Part shown: in pieces, positions 9,501 to 18,378 of the stretch
Layout: the number at the start of each line of letters is the position of its first letter
How positions within the stretch are numbered: position 1 is the stretch's first letter
IMG/VR virus record: IMGVR_UViG_3300042934_000727
Coordinates: 6,185-70,184 of that record
DNA length: 64,000 nucleotides
Reading direction: 5' to 3' (one strand)
Origin: a virus
Program-made: the position numbers and the translations under genes
The notes under the pieces: generated by a model
Told to the model about the DNA's origin: nothing
The model's input: only the letters and a program-made list of their open reading frames with translations
Database searches by the model: none

Positions 9501-12500
9501 GTGGGCGATCTGCTCGGGGGTCTTCAGTGTCATTCGGGGCGCACCTTTCGGGCCGTGGTGAAGGAATTGGGCGTCACGTTCACCAGGCGAACCGACGCGG
9601 CATGCCGCTCGATGAGGCGGTGGATGGCGAGGCTGTCGACGGTCTCGTTGACGTGCGCGAGGTTCATGAGGATGTAGCCCACGACACTCTGCACGGCTCG
9701 CTCACCCACGGCCTGAGCAACTGCGGCGGGGTCCGTCTTGTCAACTCCTTCCCGGGCGGATTCGTACGCGAGGAAGTCGCGCAACTCTCGGTTCACCCGC
9801 TCTGCGAGCGTGGAGTTGACCATTCCGTTCATGCTCATGCGGGGACTCCTTCTGCGAGGCGGGCGAGGCGGGTGAGGACGCGGCGGGCGTGGTCGATGTG
9901 CTCCTCGGTCACGGTCACGTCGGCATATGCCCGCGCCGTGACGGCGCGCTCAACGACGCGCAGGATGTATGCCCACCCTTTCGGGTTGTTCATCTTCAGT
10001 CGCAGCGCTCGGAACTTGCGCACGTCGACCAGGATCGGGTTCGGCTCGTTGTGCTGGACGTGCTCGTACTCGGGGCGGGGTTCGTAGCGACTCTTCCACC
10101 CGTCGGCCTGGGGGAGCTGGAGTTCACCTCCCGTTCTGCCGCGCCGCTCGCCGTGCTCAAGCCAGACCCACGGCGCGGGGTCGCGATTCAGGTCGCGCGG
10201 GGTGCGCGAGGAGAAGATGTTCACGAGACCACCCACTCTCCGACGATGGAGCCGCTCTTCGGGTCGATCACGGCGCCGCCGTCCTCGGGGAGGGTGAGCC
10301 CGTCGAACGTGTTCGCGAGGGTCGTAGCGAGGCTGCGCAGGGCTGCGGCGGCGTCGTCGCCGGAACGCATGGTGTCGTCGTTCAGGTGAACGGTCACGGT
10401 CAGATCGTGCGCACTCACTGGGCGATCCTTTCGAGGATGGAGAGGAGGACAGGGCGGGCGCCGCAGTCGGCGCACTGCAAGAGGGTGTCCCCCTGCACGG
10501 CTTCATTGTGGCGGTGGCGCACGCGCTCGGCGTGCGGGGCGCACAGGAGGTCAACGCATCCGCATGTGGACTCGGCGCGGAACTTGGCCTTGTGCGGGGT
10601 GGCGTGGTCCTGGGTCACGTCGCACGGGATGACCGGGGTCGGGAAGTCCAGCGCGGCGAGGGTGTCGGGGGTCGTGGCGTTCATCGTGCGGCCTCCAGTC
10701 CAGCGCGCGCGGCGGCGGTCGCAATGGCGCGGTACACCATCACCTGCGCCATGTTCGGCGCATCCGGGTGCAGCTCGCGGGCGATCTTCTCGGCGTGGGC
10801 CTGTCGACGGCGCTCGATGCCGGCGCGGCGGTCCCGCTCGCGGATGGCTTCGCACTCTTCCCAGGTGTGGAACGTGTCGTGCGTCGCGCAGTGTCCGGGC
10901 ATCAGTCCGCGTCCTCTCCGTTGTCGATGGCTTCGGCCTCGTCGCGGGCCTCGTAAGCCTCTGCCAGGTTGGCGAATTGCCCGTTCTCGATGCCTGCGGC
11001 GGGGTTCCCCTCACCGGGGATCGGGGAGGCGATGATGGTCCAGCGGTCGCCGTCGGCCGTGCCGTAACGCGGGAGGATCATCCAGCGGCGGTGCCGGCCT
11101 TGCGTCTCCCGCTCGCGGCGGGTGCTCTGATCCGCGCCCGTCATCGCGAGGGATGCCGGGAAGATCGGCGCGAGGGTGGCGGCGCTCATGCGCGACCCTC
11201 CGCCCACTCGATCATGCGGGCCAGCGTGGGCGCGTAGGCGAGGAGGATCGTCCCTGCCGACTTGAGGTGCTGCGCCTCCGAGTACCGGCCCACCTTGGCG
11301 GACTGGAAGCTCTGGAAGCCGGCCAGCTCCGCCTGACGCGGCAGCGTGTAGCCCTCCCCGCCGCCCGGGTACAGCGTGACGGCGCGGACCCAACTCACGT
11401 ACTGCCGTGCGCCCTTGTCGTAGCGGACCATCACGTCGAGCGCGCGCGCGGGGTTACCGGTCGCGTAACGGCTCTGGACGATGCGGTGCGAGCGGTTCAG
11501 GGTGCTGACCGGCTCGGGCGCGGTTGCGGTGCTCATGCGTCGGTCCTCTCGGCGTCGTTCTCGGTGTCGGCGGGCAGTTCGCCCAGCGCGCGCAGGAGGG
11601 CGCGGGCGGCGGGGATAATGCGGCGGGCGGCGTTGATCTTCTCGCGCAGGATGAACGCGGGCCCATCCGCGGGGGTCGCGCCCCACGCGTCGACGGCCTC
11701 GCGCAGTTCGTACGCGGCGCCGCTGACGTGGTCACGCCAGTTGATCGCGACGGTCTGCGGCGTCATGCGCCCGCCGCCGGTGTGCGGGTTCTCGACGGCG
11801 GCACGCTCCATCCCGGCGCGGGCGTTCTCGCCCCATTCGGAGAGCGGCAGGCGGTCTGCGGCCCGCTGTGCGATCGGCCCGTTGATCGTGCTTGCGGTGT
11901 CGTAGTCCGCCAGGGTGCGGACGAAACCGCGCGGCGGCTCGGTGCCGGTTTGCTGGATAACGCTCACTGGGCGGTCCCTTCGTCGACGCGTCCGAACGTG
12001 CGCAGCTCCTTAGCGAGGGCGGCGCGGTAGTGGGCCGTTGCGGCGTCCAGGGCGGCGGTCAGGTCGCGCGCTCCGTCGTCGCCGGTGAACGCGTCCAGGA
12101 TCGCGGTATCCGCACCCGATCCGCGCAGGTGGTACAGCTTCGGCGCGCGGCTGATGGCCTCACGGGCGGCGCGGTCGGCGCTGTAGTCGTCCGCGATGAG
12201 GCGGATCACGCGGCGGCGGATCTCTTCGGGCGACAGCGGCGGCAGGTAGAACGACAGCGCGAACACGTCGCCCGCGTCGCGCTCCAGGGCGGCACTCTGC
12301 GCGGGGGTGAGGTTGGCCTCATAGGTGCCCGTCGTGGCGTTGGGGCGCAGCTGCCAACCCTCGCCGTCGTTGGCCTGCTGGACGCCGAGCCGGATCACGA
12401 CTCCCACGCGCTCGGCGCGCCCGACGCGGATCGGTTCGTCATAGGGCACGGGGGTCGGCGTGCCGTGCGCCTGTGCCCGGTCGGCGTCCGTGTTGTTCGT

Positions 12501-13366
12501 GGGGTCGGCGGCGGCGGGGGCGCGGTACGGGCGCAGTTCGGCGCGCGTCTCGGACGGCGAACCGGCGCGCTCCAGCTCGCGGGTGTCGCACACCTTCCAG
12601 AGCACGTCCGGGGTGCTGGGCAGGGTGATGAAGTCGCCGTAGGTGGCGCGCTGTGCGGCGGTCATGCGGACACCTCCCCGCGGGCGATGCGGGCGGCCTC
12701 TGCGAGCATGTCGGCAAGCTGTCCAGGGGGCATGCTCTGCGGGCGCTCCAGGTTCCAACGTCGCATCACGTCGGCGGCGATCTGGCCGGGGGTGAGGGCG
12801 GGCGCGTCGTCCGCGCTCCAGGTGTCGGGGCACGCCTGGCACCGGTAGACGGTCGCGCCGTTCGGCTCGGTGCCGATGCTCTCCGATGCGAGGTGCGCGC
12901 ATCCTGCGGCGGCGTGCGCGTCCAGAACGGCGGTCGCGTAGAGGGCCAGGGTCATGCCGCGTGCGTGCTCGATCTGCTCCCCCATCGCCCACCCGAGTGC
13001 GGCAAGGGCGGTTTCGCCTTCCGTGCGGTCCAGTCTGCGAGCGGTCACCACGCGGGCAGCGGCGGCCTCTGCCAGGTCCGACGGGGTCATGTGGCGCGGG
13101 GCCAGGGCGGGCGCGCCGTCCTTGACGTTCCACTCCCCCACGCGGTCGCCGTTGGCGTCCAGCAGGGTCATGCTCAGGGCGTCCGCTCCGGTGAGGACGG
13201 GCGGCGCGTAGTCCTCTGCCCATTCGGCGGCGCGGCGCAGGGCGTCGGCCACGTAAGCGGCGGTCAGGGCGCCGGCGGGGGCGTGCGTGATCCTGAGGGC
13301 GAACGGGGCCGCGACGGGCGCGGGGGCCTGTGCGGGGTGCTGCGTGGGGTTCTGCGTGCCGGTCAT
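6567..13366 (-). CDS. Array of ~20 small, translationally coupled hypothetical early genes (approx. 6567-6680, 6677-6931, 6928-7194, 7191-7415, 7412-7813, 7810-7974, 7974-8294, 8291-8761, 8758-9054, 9051-9533, 9530-9838, 9835-10224, 10221-10418, 10415-10684, 10681-10902, 10902-11189, 11186-11536, 11533-11967, 11964-12665, 12662-13366)
   Basis: Continuous chain of ATGA/GTGA/TGATG start-stop overlaps with GGAG/GAGG RBSs; 6567-6680 and 7810-7974 hydrophobic; 10415-10684 Cys-rich. Confidence 0.75.
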
Positions 13367-13407
13367 GGCGGGTTCCTTTGGGTTCGGGCGGCGGTGCCGC
13401 TGTGTCG

Positions 13408-13437
13408 AGCGTAGGGCGGGCCTTAAGAGTCTGTCAA
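13408..13437 (-). promoter_or_regulatory. Strong SigA-type promoter for leftward early operon
   Basis: Minus strand TTGACA-18 bp-TACGCT upstream of gene starting at 13366. Confidence 0.8.
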
Positions 13438-13442
13438 GCGCT

Positions 13443-13454
13443 TTAGCTAGATAA
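13443..13454. promoter_or_regulatory. Palindromic operator-like site TTAGCTAGATAA
   Basis: Matches recurring TTAKCTAGMTAA motif; 5 bp upstream of the -35 box. Confidence 0.7.
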
Positions 13455-13719
13455 TCTGCGCGGCCCGTGTGTGCAGTTGTGGAGGGGCGAGTGTGGCGGG
13501 GCCACAATCGGGAGGTGTCGAAGCTTCAACCGTATTTCTACGATTCGCCCGTATTTCAACCCCGGCAGTTGCGTACTCAGTTGCCGATCCTGCCTAGAAT
13601 GTCTGCACATTGTGTGCGGCAGGTAAGCGTGTCCTAAGTTGGCGACACGCCGTGATAGTGCGATGTGCAACAGCTAAATACGGGGAGGGGTTTGAGGCAG
13701 GAAAAGGGAACGGGGGGTG

Positions 13720-13815
13720 TCCCCTATCTCTCTCTACCTCATCTATCAGTATCTATATATCTAGATATTCAGTTATACGGGGGTGTAGGGGGTGGCGTGC
13801 GGGGCGGGGTGGTTC
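13720..13815. other. AT-rich TATC/TCTA low-complexity patch flanked by G-runs (candidate origin or terminus region)
   Basis: ctatctctctctacctcatctatcagtatctatatatctagatattcagttatac in a very GC-rich genome; contains palindrome ATATCTAGATAT at 13757-13768. Confidence 0.45.
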
Positions 13816-13841
13816 TGGAGGGCGCCGGGATTGTGGGATGC

Positions 13842-14030
13842 CTACAGCACAGCGGCCGGCATGGGGGCGCGGGCGGGGGTCTCGAGCTCGGGGATGTAGG
13901 CCAGGGCGTCGCGGCGGATCCGGCCGGACGGGGTGAGGGCGGCGGCGGCGTGCATCTTCGCGTGCCGCGCACAGCGGCGGGCCACGGTGCGGGCTTTGGC
14001 GGCGTCGTTGCGGGTTCGGTCGTTTGCCAT
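13842..14030 (-). CDS. Small basic hypothetical protein
   Basis: ORF with ATG, RBS-like upstream sequence. Confidence 0.5.
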   Translation of the reverse strand: MANDRTRNDAAKARTVARRCARHAKMHAAAALTPSGRIRRDALAYIPELETPARAPMPAAVL

Positions 14031-14083
14031 GGTGTGCGGGTCCGTTCTGTGTGGAGGGGGTGAGGGGTGAGGGGGTGGAAGGG

Positions 14084-14428
14084 TCAGGCCATGATTCCGA
14101 CGTTGATGCCTGGGACCCGGGCGGCGTGCTCAGCGACCATGTGCGGCCCGAGATTGCACCATGAGGGCATGGGGCCGTCGGTGAGGCTGTACGCGTCGCA
14201 GTAGCCGCACGCGCTCAGCCATTTACCCGCGCCGATGTGCCAGGATCGGCCCGCGCACGCGGCGCGCTTGTCGGGGTCGGCGGCGAGTGTCTCCAGGATC
14301 ATCCGCGCATCCCATGCCGGCGTGGCGGTGTACTTGTCGCGGGCCTCATCAGGAGTCGACCATGATGCGACGTGCACGCGGACGCCGGGGAGGGTGTCGG
14401 GCGGGGTGAGGGTGGCGCACGCGCTCAT
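14084..14428 (-). CDS. Hypothetical protein (Cys/His-rich C-terminus)
   Basis: Preceded by repeated CTGGAGA leader. Confidence 0.65.
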   Translation of the reverse strand: MSACATLTPPDTLPGVRVHVASWSTPDEARDKYTATPAWDARMILETLAADPDKRAACAGRSWHIGAGKWLSACGYCDAYSLTDGPMPSWCNLGPHMVAEHAARVPGINVGIMA

Positions 14429-14455
14429 GGTGGTATCTCCAGTGTGGGGAGGGGG

Positions 14456-14578
14456 TCAGTACGGGAACTGATAGCCGACGATGGGGGCGGCCATGACAGC
14501 GGCGAGTAGGACACCCGCGGCGAGGGCGGCGAGGGTGAACGCGTGGCGGCGGTACAGGCGGCGGGCGGCGCGGATCAT
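14456..14578 (-). CDS. 40-aa membrane peptide
   Basis: Hand translation MIRAARRLYRRHAFTLAALAAGVLLAAVMAAPIVGYQFPY; ATGA overlap. Confidence 0.55.
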   Translation of the reverse strand: MIRAARRLYRRHAFTLAALAAGVLLAAVMAAPIVGYQFPY

Positions 14579-14853
14579 CGCGTGACCTCCACAAACCGGA
14601 GGGCGTCGGACTGATAGCCGCGCCCGGGTTCGGGCTTGACGCGCACGCGATAGCCGGGGCCACGCTCTCCGCGCATGTCCAGTTCGTCCCGGATGAGAGC
14701 ACGGGCGATGCGTTCGGGGTTGTCCCGGCCAGCGGGGATGACGGCGTGCCAGGTTCCGAATCCGTCGGCGTAGGCGTAGGGGGTGCCCGCGTCGCGCCGT
14801 TCGCGGTTGTGGGGGTCCAGGCGGTCAGGCTGAATGTCGGATGCGGTCATCAT
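14575..14853 (-). CDS. Hypothetical protein
   Basis: Preceded by repeated operator+RBS leader. Confidence 0.65.
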   Translation of the reverse strand: MMTASDIQPDRLDPHNRERRDAGTPYAYADGFGTWHAVIPAGRDNPERIARALIRDELDMRGERGPGYRVRVKPEPGRGYQSDALRFVEVTR

Positions 14854-14897
14854 GGCGGCGTGTCTCCAGGTGGGGTTTAGCTAGATACGGGCGGCGG
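14854..14897 (-). repeat. Repeated leader module (operator + CTGGAGA RBS)
   Basis: Near-identical to 15132-15170 and partly to 14429-14455. Confidence 0.75.
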
Positions 14898-15131
14898 CTA
14901 GGCGCAGGCGGTGGGGGTGAGCACTTCGACACCACGCACCACGGCCCACCGGGGGCCGCTCAGGTGGTTAGCGGGGCCGCATCCGCACACTTCAATGCGC
15001 CCGTCGGGGTGGTCGATGCGGTGCGTGCCGCTCTCGCGCCATTTGGCGGCAGTCTCGGGGGTGTAGCTGGCGGGCGGCGGGGTGATGGTCAGCCCCGCGA
15101 ATGCTTCGGCGAGATAGCGCGTGCGTGCCAT
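14898..15131 (-). CDS. Hypothetical protein
   Basis: Preceded by repeated operator+RBS leader. Confidence 0.65.
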   Translation of the reverse strand: MARTRYLAEAFAGLTITPPPASYTPETAAKWRESGTHRIDHPDGRIEVCGCGPANHLSGPRWAVVRGVEVLTPTACA

Positions 15132-15170
15132 GGTGGTGTGTCTCCAGTGGGGGCTAGCTAGATACGGGGG
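15132..15170 (-). repeat. Repeated leader module (operator + CTGGAGA RBS)
   Basis: Plus strand ggtggtgtgtctccagtgggggctagctagatacggggg. Confidence 0.75.
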
Positions 15171-15833
15171 TCAGTTGGCGTCGACGGCCGGCATGATGAC
15201 GCGCGCCAGGAGAGCCGGCGGGATGGCGTCAAAGTGCCATGACACAGCCTCACGTTCGCCAGTGGCGTAGTCGATGACATAGGAGTGATCGGGGTTAGCG
15301 GCCCAATCGGTGCCCGTGGCGTCAAACCGCACACCATCCCGGCGGACCGCGGCGACTAGCTCCGCCATGGTGTCGAATTCGAGGGCGTCATCCTCCACGC
15401 GGTGAGGGGTGGCGTCCACGTTGAAGGTATCCCCGGGGGTGGCGTCATCCTCCCCCACGTACTCAAAGTATCGGGCGGCGATACGTGTAGCGGTGTACGT
15501 GCGGGGTCCCACGGGGGCAGGCGTGGCGGCCGGCACGGGGTCAGCATCCACCATCAACGGATGCACACCATCGACGCGATAGACGGGCTGGCCTACTCCA
15601 TCCATGCCGACAAACTCACCCCGTTCACCGAAGGTCATGCGTGCAGCGGCACCAGCGACAGCGGGTGACACATTCGCCGGCGCGGTGAATCGCGTGCCCG
15701 TACCATCCAGGGTCACGGTGCCACGCGCGCGGGCATCCACCACAGCATCAAGCGTCACACCGCACGCCACCTCCACAGCGGATAAGGCGAAGGAGTCAGC
15801 GGGCCGGGCGGGGGTTTCGGTGGGGTTGTTCAT
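15171..15833 (-). CDS. Hypothetical protein, first gene of short leftward unit
   Basis: 220-aa ORF; leaderless start 6 bp after TATCAT. Confidence 0.7.
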   Translation of the reverse strand: MNNPTETPARPADSFALSAVEVACGVTLDAVVDARARGTVTLDGTGTRFTAPANVSPAVAGAAARMTFGERGEFVGMDGVGQPVYRVDGVHPLMVDADPVPAATPAPVGPRTYTATRIAARYFEYVGEDDATPGDTFNVDATPHRVEDDALEFDTMAELVAAVRRDGVRFDATGTDWAANPDHSYVIDYATGEREAVSWHFDAIPPALLARVIMPAVDAN

Positions 15834-15839
15834 GGTTCA

Positions 15840-15873
15840 ATGATACCACGGATCACACATTTATCTAGATAAA
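15840..15873 (-). promoter_or_regulatory. Extended -10 promoter (TGgTATCAT) with perfect palindrome TTTATCTAGATAAA over the -35 position
   Basis: Seen directly at 15840-15848 and 15860-15873. Confidence 0.7.
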
Positions 15874-16083
15874 ATACGCGATCCGGCTAAGCAATTTCCA
15901 CGCCAGAACGGGCACGGTCACCCCCACCACGGCCGGCACCACACACCACCACCAACCACGCCGGCACCTTGAGTCCAAACCACTCAAGTTGCCCACAGCG
16001 GCGCGGAGGCGGAATGGGGTGGGGCGCACCCGCACACGATTTTTCTTTCCCCTCCCGATCGAGCGACCGCTACCATCACCCCT

Positions 16084-16338
16084 ATGAAGATCGCCGGCAT
16101 CATCCTCACCGCCCTCGGTGTCCTCCCCCTCATCGCCTTCCTGGCGAGCGTCGTGGCCCTGCTCAGCAACATCGCTCAGGTCGGCCTCCCGACAGCCATG
16201 GCGAACTACGCGCTCCTGCCCGTCATCACCTTCCCCGGCTTCGCCATGTTCCTCACCGGCGTCATCCTGCTCATCGTCGCCCGCGGCCGCTCCCCCAAGG
16301 CCGCCCAAGCCCCTCAGCAGCTCCAGCCCACGCCGTAG
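16084..16338 (+). CDS. Two-TM membrane protein, monocistronic and probably leaderless
   Basis: Two hydrophobic helices; TACCAT -10 seven bp before ATG; hairpin downstream. Confidence 0.75.
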   Translation: MKIAGIILTALGVLPLIAFLASVVALLSNIAQVGLPTAMANYALLPVITFPGFAMFLTGVILLIVARGRSPKAAQAPQQLQPTP

Positions 16339-16350
16339 ACTCCGGCTCAC

Positions 16351-16384
16351 GCCCCCGACTGGTCCTCTCTCCCGGTCGGGGGCT
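16351..16384 (+). terminator. Stem-loop terminator
   Basis: gcccccgactgg...ccggtcgggggc inverted repeat. Confidence 0.6.
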
Positions 16385-16498
16385 TCGTCATACCCGGGCG
16401 CAGCCCGCTCCTTCCGAAACCACTCGGCCCTCCGCCTTATCAACGCCGAACATCAGCCATCGCCTAATTTTTCTTCCAAATTAAGCGGGGCTCGCACC

Positions 16499-16527
16499 TT
16501 GTTAGCTAGCTAAATCCTCGGTAACCT
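16499..16527 (+). promoter_or_regulatory. Rightward early promoter overlapped by perfect operator TTAGCTAGCTAA (16502-16513)
   Basis: TTGTTA-17 bp-TAACCT. Confidence 0.6.
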
Positions 16528-16698
16528 GGACCTATTCGGGCCCGCAACTCAGCCCAACCGCCAGGTGCGAAGCCCATCCCGCACCTCAACCGCCCCTTCA
16601 TCGGCCGGTTCTCACACCACCTTCCGCGAACACCCGCCGCACACCGCCCTCGAGGCGCGACGCCGGCGCCCGCACCGTCCAGAGAGAGGACCACCGCC

Positions 16699-17001
16699 AT
16701 CTCCGCATACCCGTTCGTACTCACGGCCACCGCCTACACGCAAGCCGAGCTGCTGCTGTTCGCCGACGACGCCGAAGCCGCCCACCAACTGCTCCACGAG
16801 CGCACCGACGAGCTGATCGACGCCATCCACGCGAAGCACCCCGCGCTGCGGGACGCCGACGGCATCCTCTTCCAGCTGAACGTCGAAGGCGCCTACGGCT
16901 ACCAGGTGATCGGCGACAACGCCCTCACCCCCGGCCTCGTCCGCCTCTCCACCACCGAGCACGACTGCGCCGACCACGACCACGAGGAGAACCACGCATG
17001 A
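16699..17001 (+). CDS. 100-aa acidic hypothetical protein with apparent ATC start
   Basis: AGAGAGGA RBS 8 nt before ATC; typical GC3-rich codons; TGA overlaps next ATG; no upstream in-frame ATG/GTG/TTG after the stop at 16522. Confidence 0.65.
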   Translation: MSAYPFVLTATAYTQAELLLFADDAEAAHQLLHERTDELIDAIHAKHPALRDADGILFQLNVEGAYGYQVIGDNALTPGLVRLSTTEHDCADHDHEENHA

Positions 17002-17756
17002 CCCGCGAATCCCGCAAGCAGCTCGAGGAGAGGCTCGCCTCGGCCCTCACCGAGAACAGCAAGCTCAGCAACAAGTACTCCTACGCCTCGATCAAGCTCG
17101 ACGCGCTCGGCTACGACTACGAGGAGCGACCGCTCTCGTTCACCACCCACAACGGCGAGACGACCGAGCCCCACTGGGTGCTCTCCGAAGGCGCCGCCGC
17201 CGAGCAGCGCGCCAAGGCCGAAGCGGCCGCCGCCCAGCACGAGAAGGACATCGCCGCCGCCATCGAGAACACGCGGCGCGACACCCTCACCGCCGTGATC
17301 GACGCCCTGGGCATCAAGGGCTACGCCAACGGCGGTTACCTCGTCATCGGCCGCCCCTTCCAGGCCACGACACACGACACCGACCGCTTCTGGTCCGATC
17401 TGCAGACCGCCCTCGCCGTCCGCGTCGAGAAGAAGACCGCCGACGAACGCGCCGCCATCGCACGCCGGGTCAAGGACCTCACGCGGCCCACCCTGATCGG
17501 CGGCATCGCCCCCCTCACCCCGGCGGAGATGCCCCGCTTCGACCATGTGACCATCTCCGGCGACGCGATCTCCGCCGCGATGGCCCGCCCGGACGGCAAG
17601 GACCGCAGCGCCCCCGGACCCCAGGGTCCTCCCGGCGCACAAGGCCCCGCCGGCCCGAGCGGCCTCGTCGCCCTCGCCCCTGAGTCGATCGAGCACCTCG
17701 CGAAGGCGCTGCGCGCCGAGACGAAGCCCGCCAAGAAGAAGGGCGGCCAGAAGTGA
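16998..17756 (+). CDS. Hypothetical protein with short collagen-like GXY stretch
   Basis: GPQGPPGAQGPAGPSG near C-terminus. Confidence 0.75.
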   Translation: MTRESRKQLEERLASALTENSKLSNKYSYASIKLDALGYDYEERPLSFTTHNGETTEPHWVLSEGAAAEQRAKAEAAAAQHEKDIAAAIENTRRDTLTAVIDALGIKGYANGGYLVIGRPFQATTHDTDRFWSDLQTALAVRVEKKTADERAAIARRVKDLTRPTLIGGIAPLTPAEMPRFDHVTISGDAISAAMARPDGKDRSAPGPQGPPGAQGPAGPSGLVALAPESIEHLAKALRAETKPAKKKGGQK

Positions 17757-17932
17757 CCGCCCGTGGCGTGGAGCTCTACTGGCTTGCTGCGCTGGCTGTG
17801 CTCTTCATCGTTGGCCTTGTGCTCCCGAACAACGAAGGCGTCATCCTGACGCAGTGGTTCGCAATGGCCGCGGCCGTGTTCTACGGCGGCATCGACTTCA
17901 TCGTCCAAGCGATCGAGCGGGGGCCGAAGTGA
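17753..17932 (+). CDS. Small membrane protein
   Basis: Hand translation; GTGA overlaps at both ends; two hydrophobic segments. Confidence 0.6.
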   Translation: MTARGVELYWLAALAVLFIVGLVLPNNEGVILTQWFAMAAAVFYGGIDFIVQAIERGPK

Positions 17933-18378
17933 GGATCCTCGACTACCGCCCCCACGCCGGCAAGACCACGGAGCTCGTCGAGCTCATGCTCGAGCCGGGC
18001 AACGAGGACGTGATCTACGTCGCCCCCACCATCGCCCAGGCCGACAATGCGAGTCGCATCGCCGCCCGGATCCTCCTGCAGCGCATCTCTGACCTGCTCG
18101 GCTACGACCTGACGGCCCTCGCGGGCCGAATGGAGACCCGCGGCCCGAAGCTCCGCCGCCGGTTCCTCGCCGCGCACCAGGTCGTCAATCGACCCCGCCT
18201 CGCCGCCGGCTCCCGCTTCGTCGTCGACGAAACGGATGGGGTGCTGGGCGGCCTCCTCGGCGGCACGATCCTCGCCGCGGCGCTCACCAGCGACAAGGCC
18301 GCGGCCGAGCACAAGGCCGACCGGGACGCCGTCTTCCTCGACCAGCACGTCGGCCCGAGGAAGCTGTACGCGCTGTGA
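17929..18378 (+). CDS. Minimal P-loop NTPase-like protein
   Basis: RPHAGKTT, YVAPT and FVVDE motifs in 149 aa. Confidence 0.55.
   Translation: MRILDYRPHAGKTTELVELMLEPGNEDVIYVAPTIAQADNASRIAARILLQRISDLLGYDLTALAGRMETRGPKLRRRFLAAHQVVNRPRLAAGSRFVVDETDGVLGGLLGGTILAAALTSDKAAAEHKADRDAVFLDQHVGPRKLYAL

Noticed and set aside
14429-15170. CRISPR array or integron attC cassettes
   Set aside because: Repeats are few, imperfect, contain RBSs and flank whole genes; no cas gene or attC-like structure
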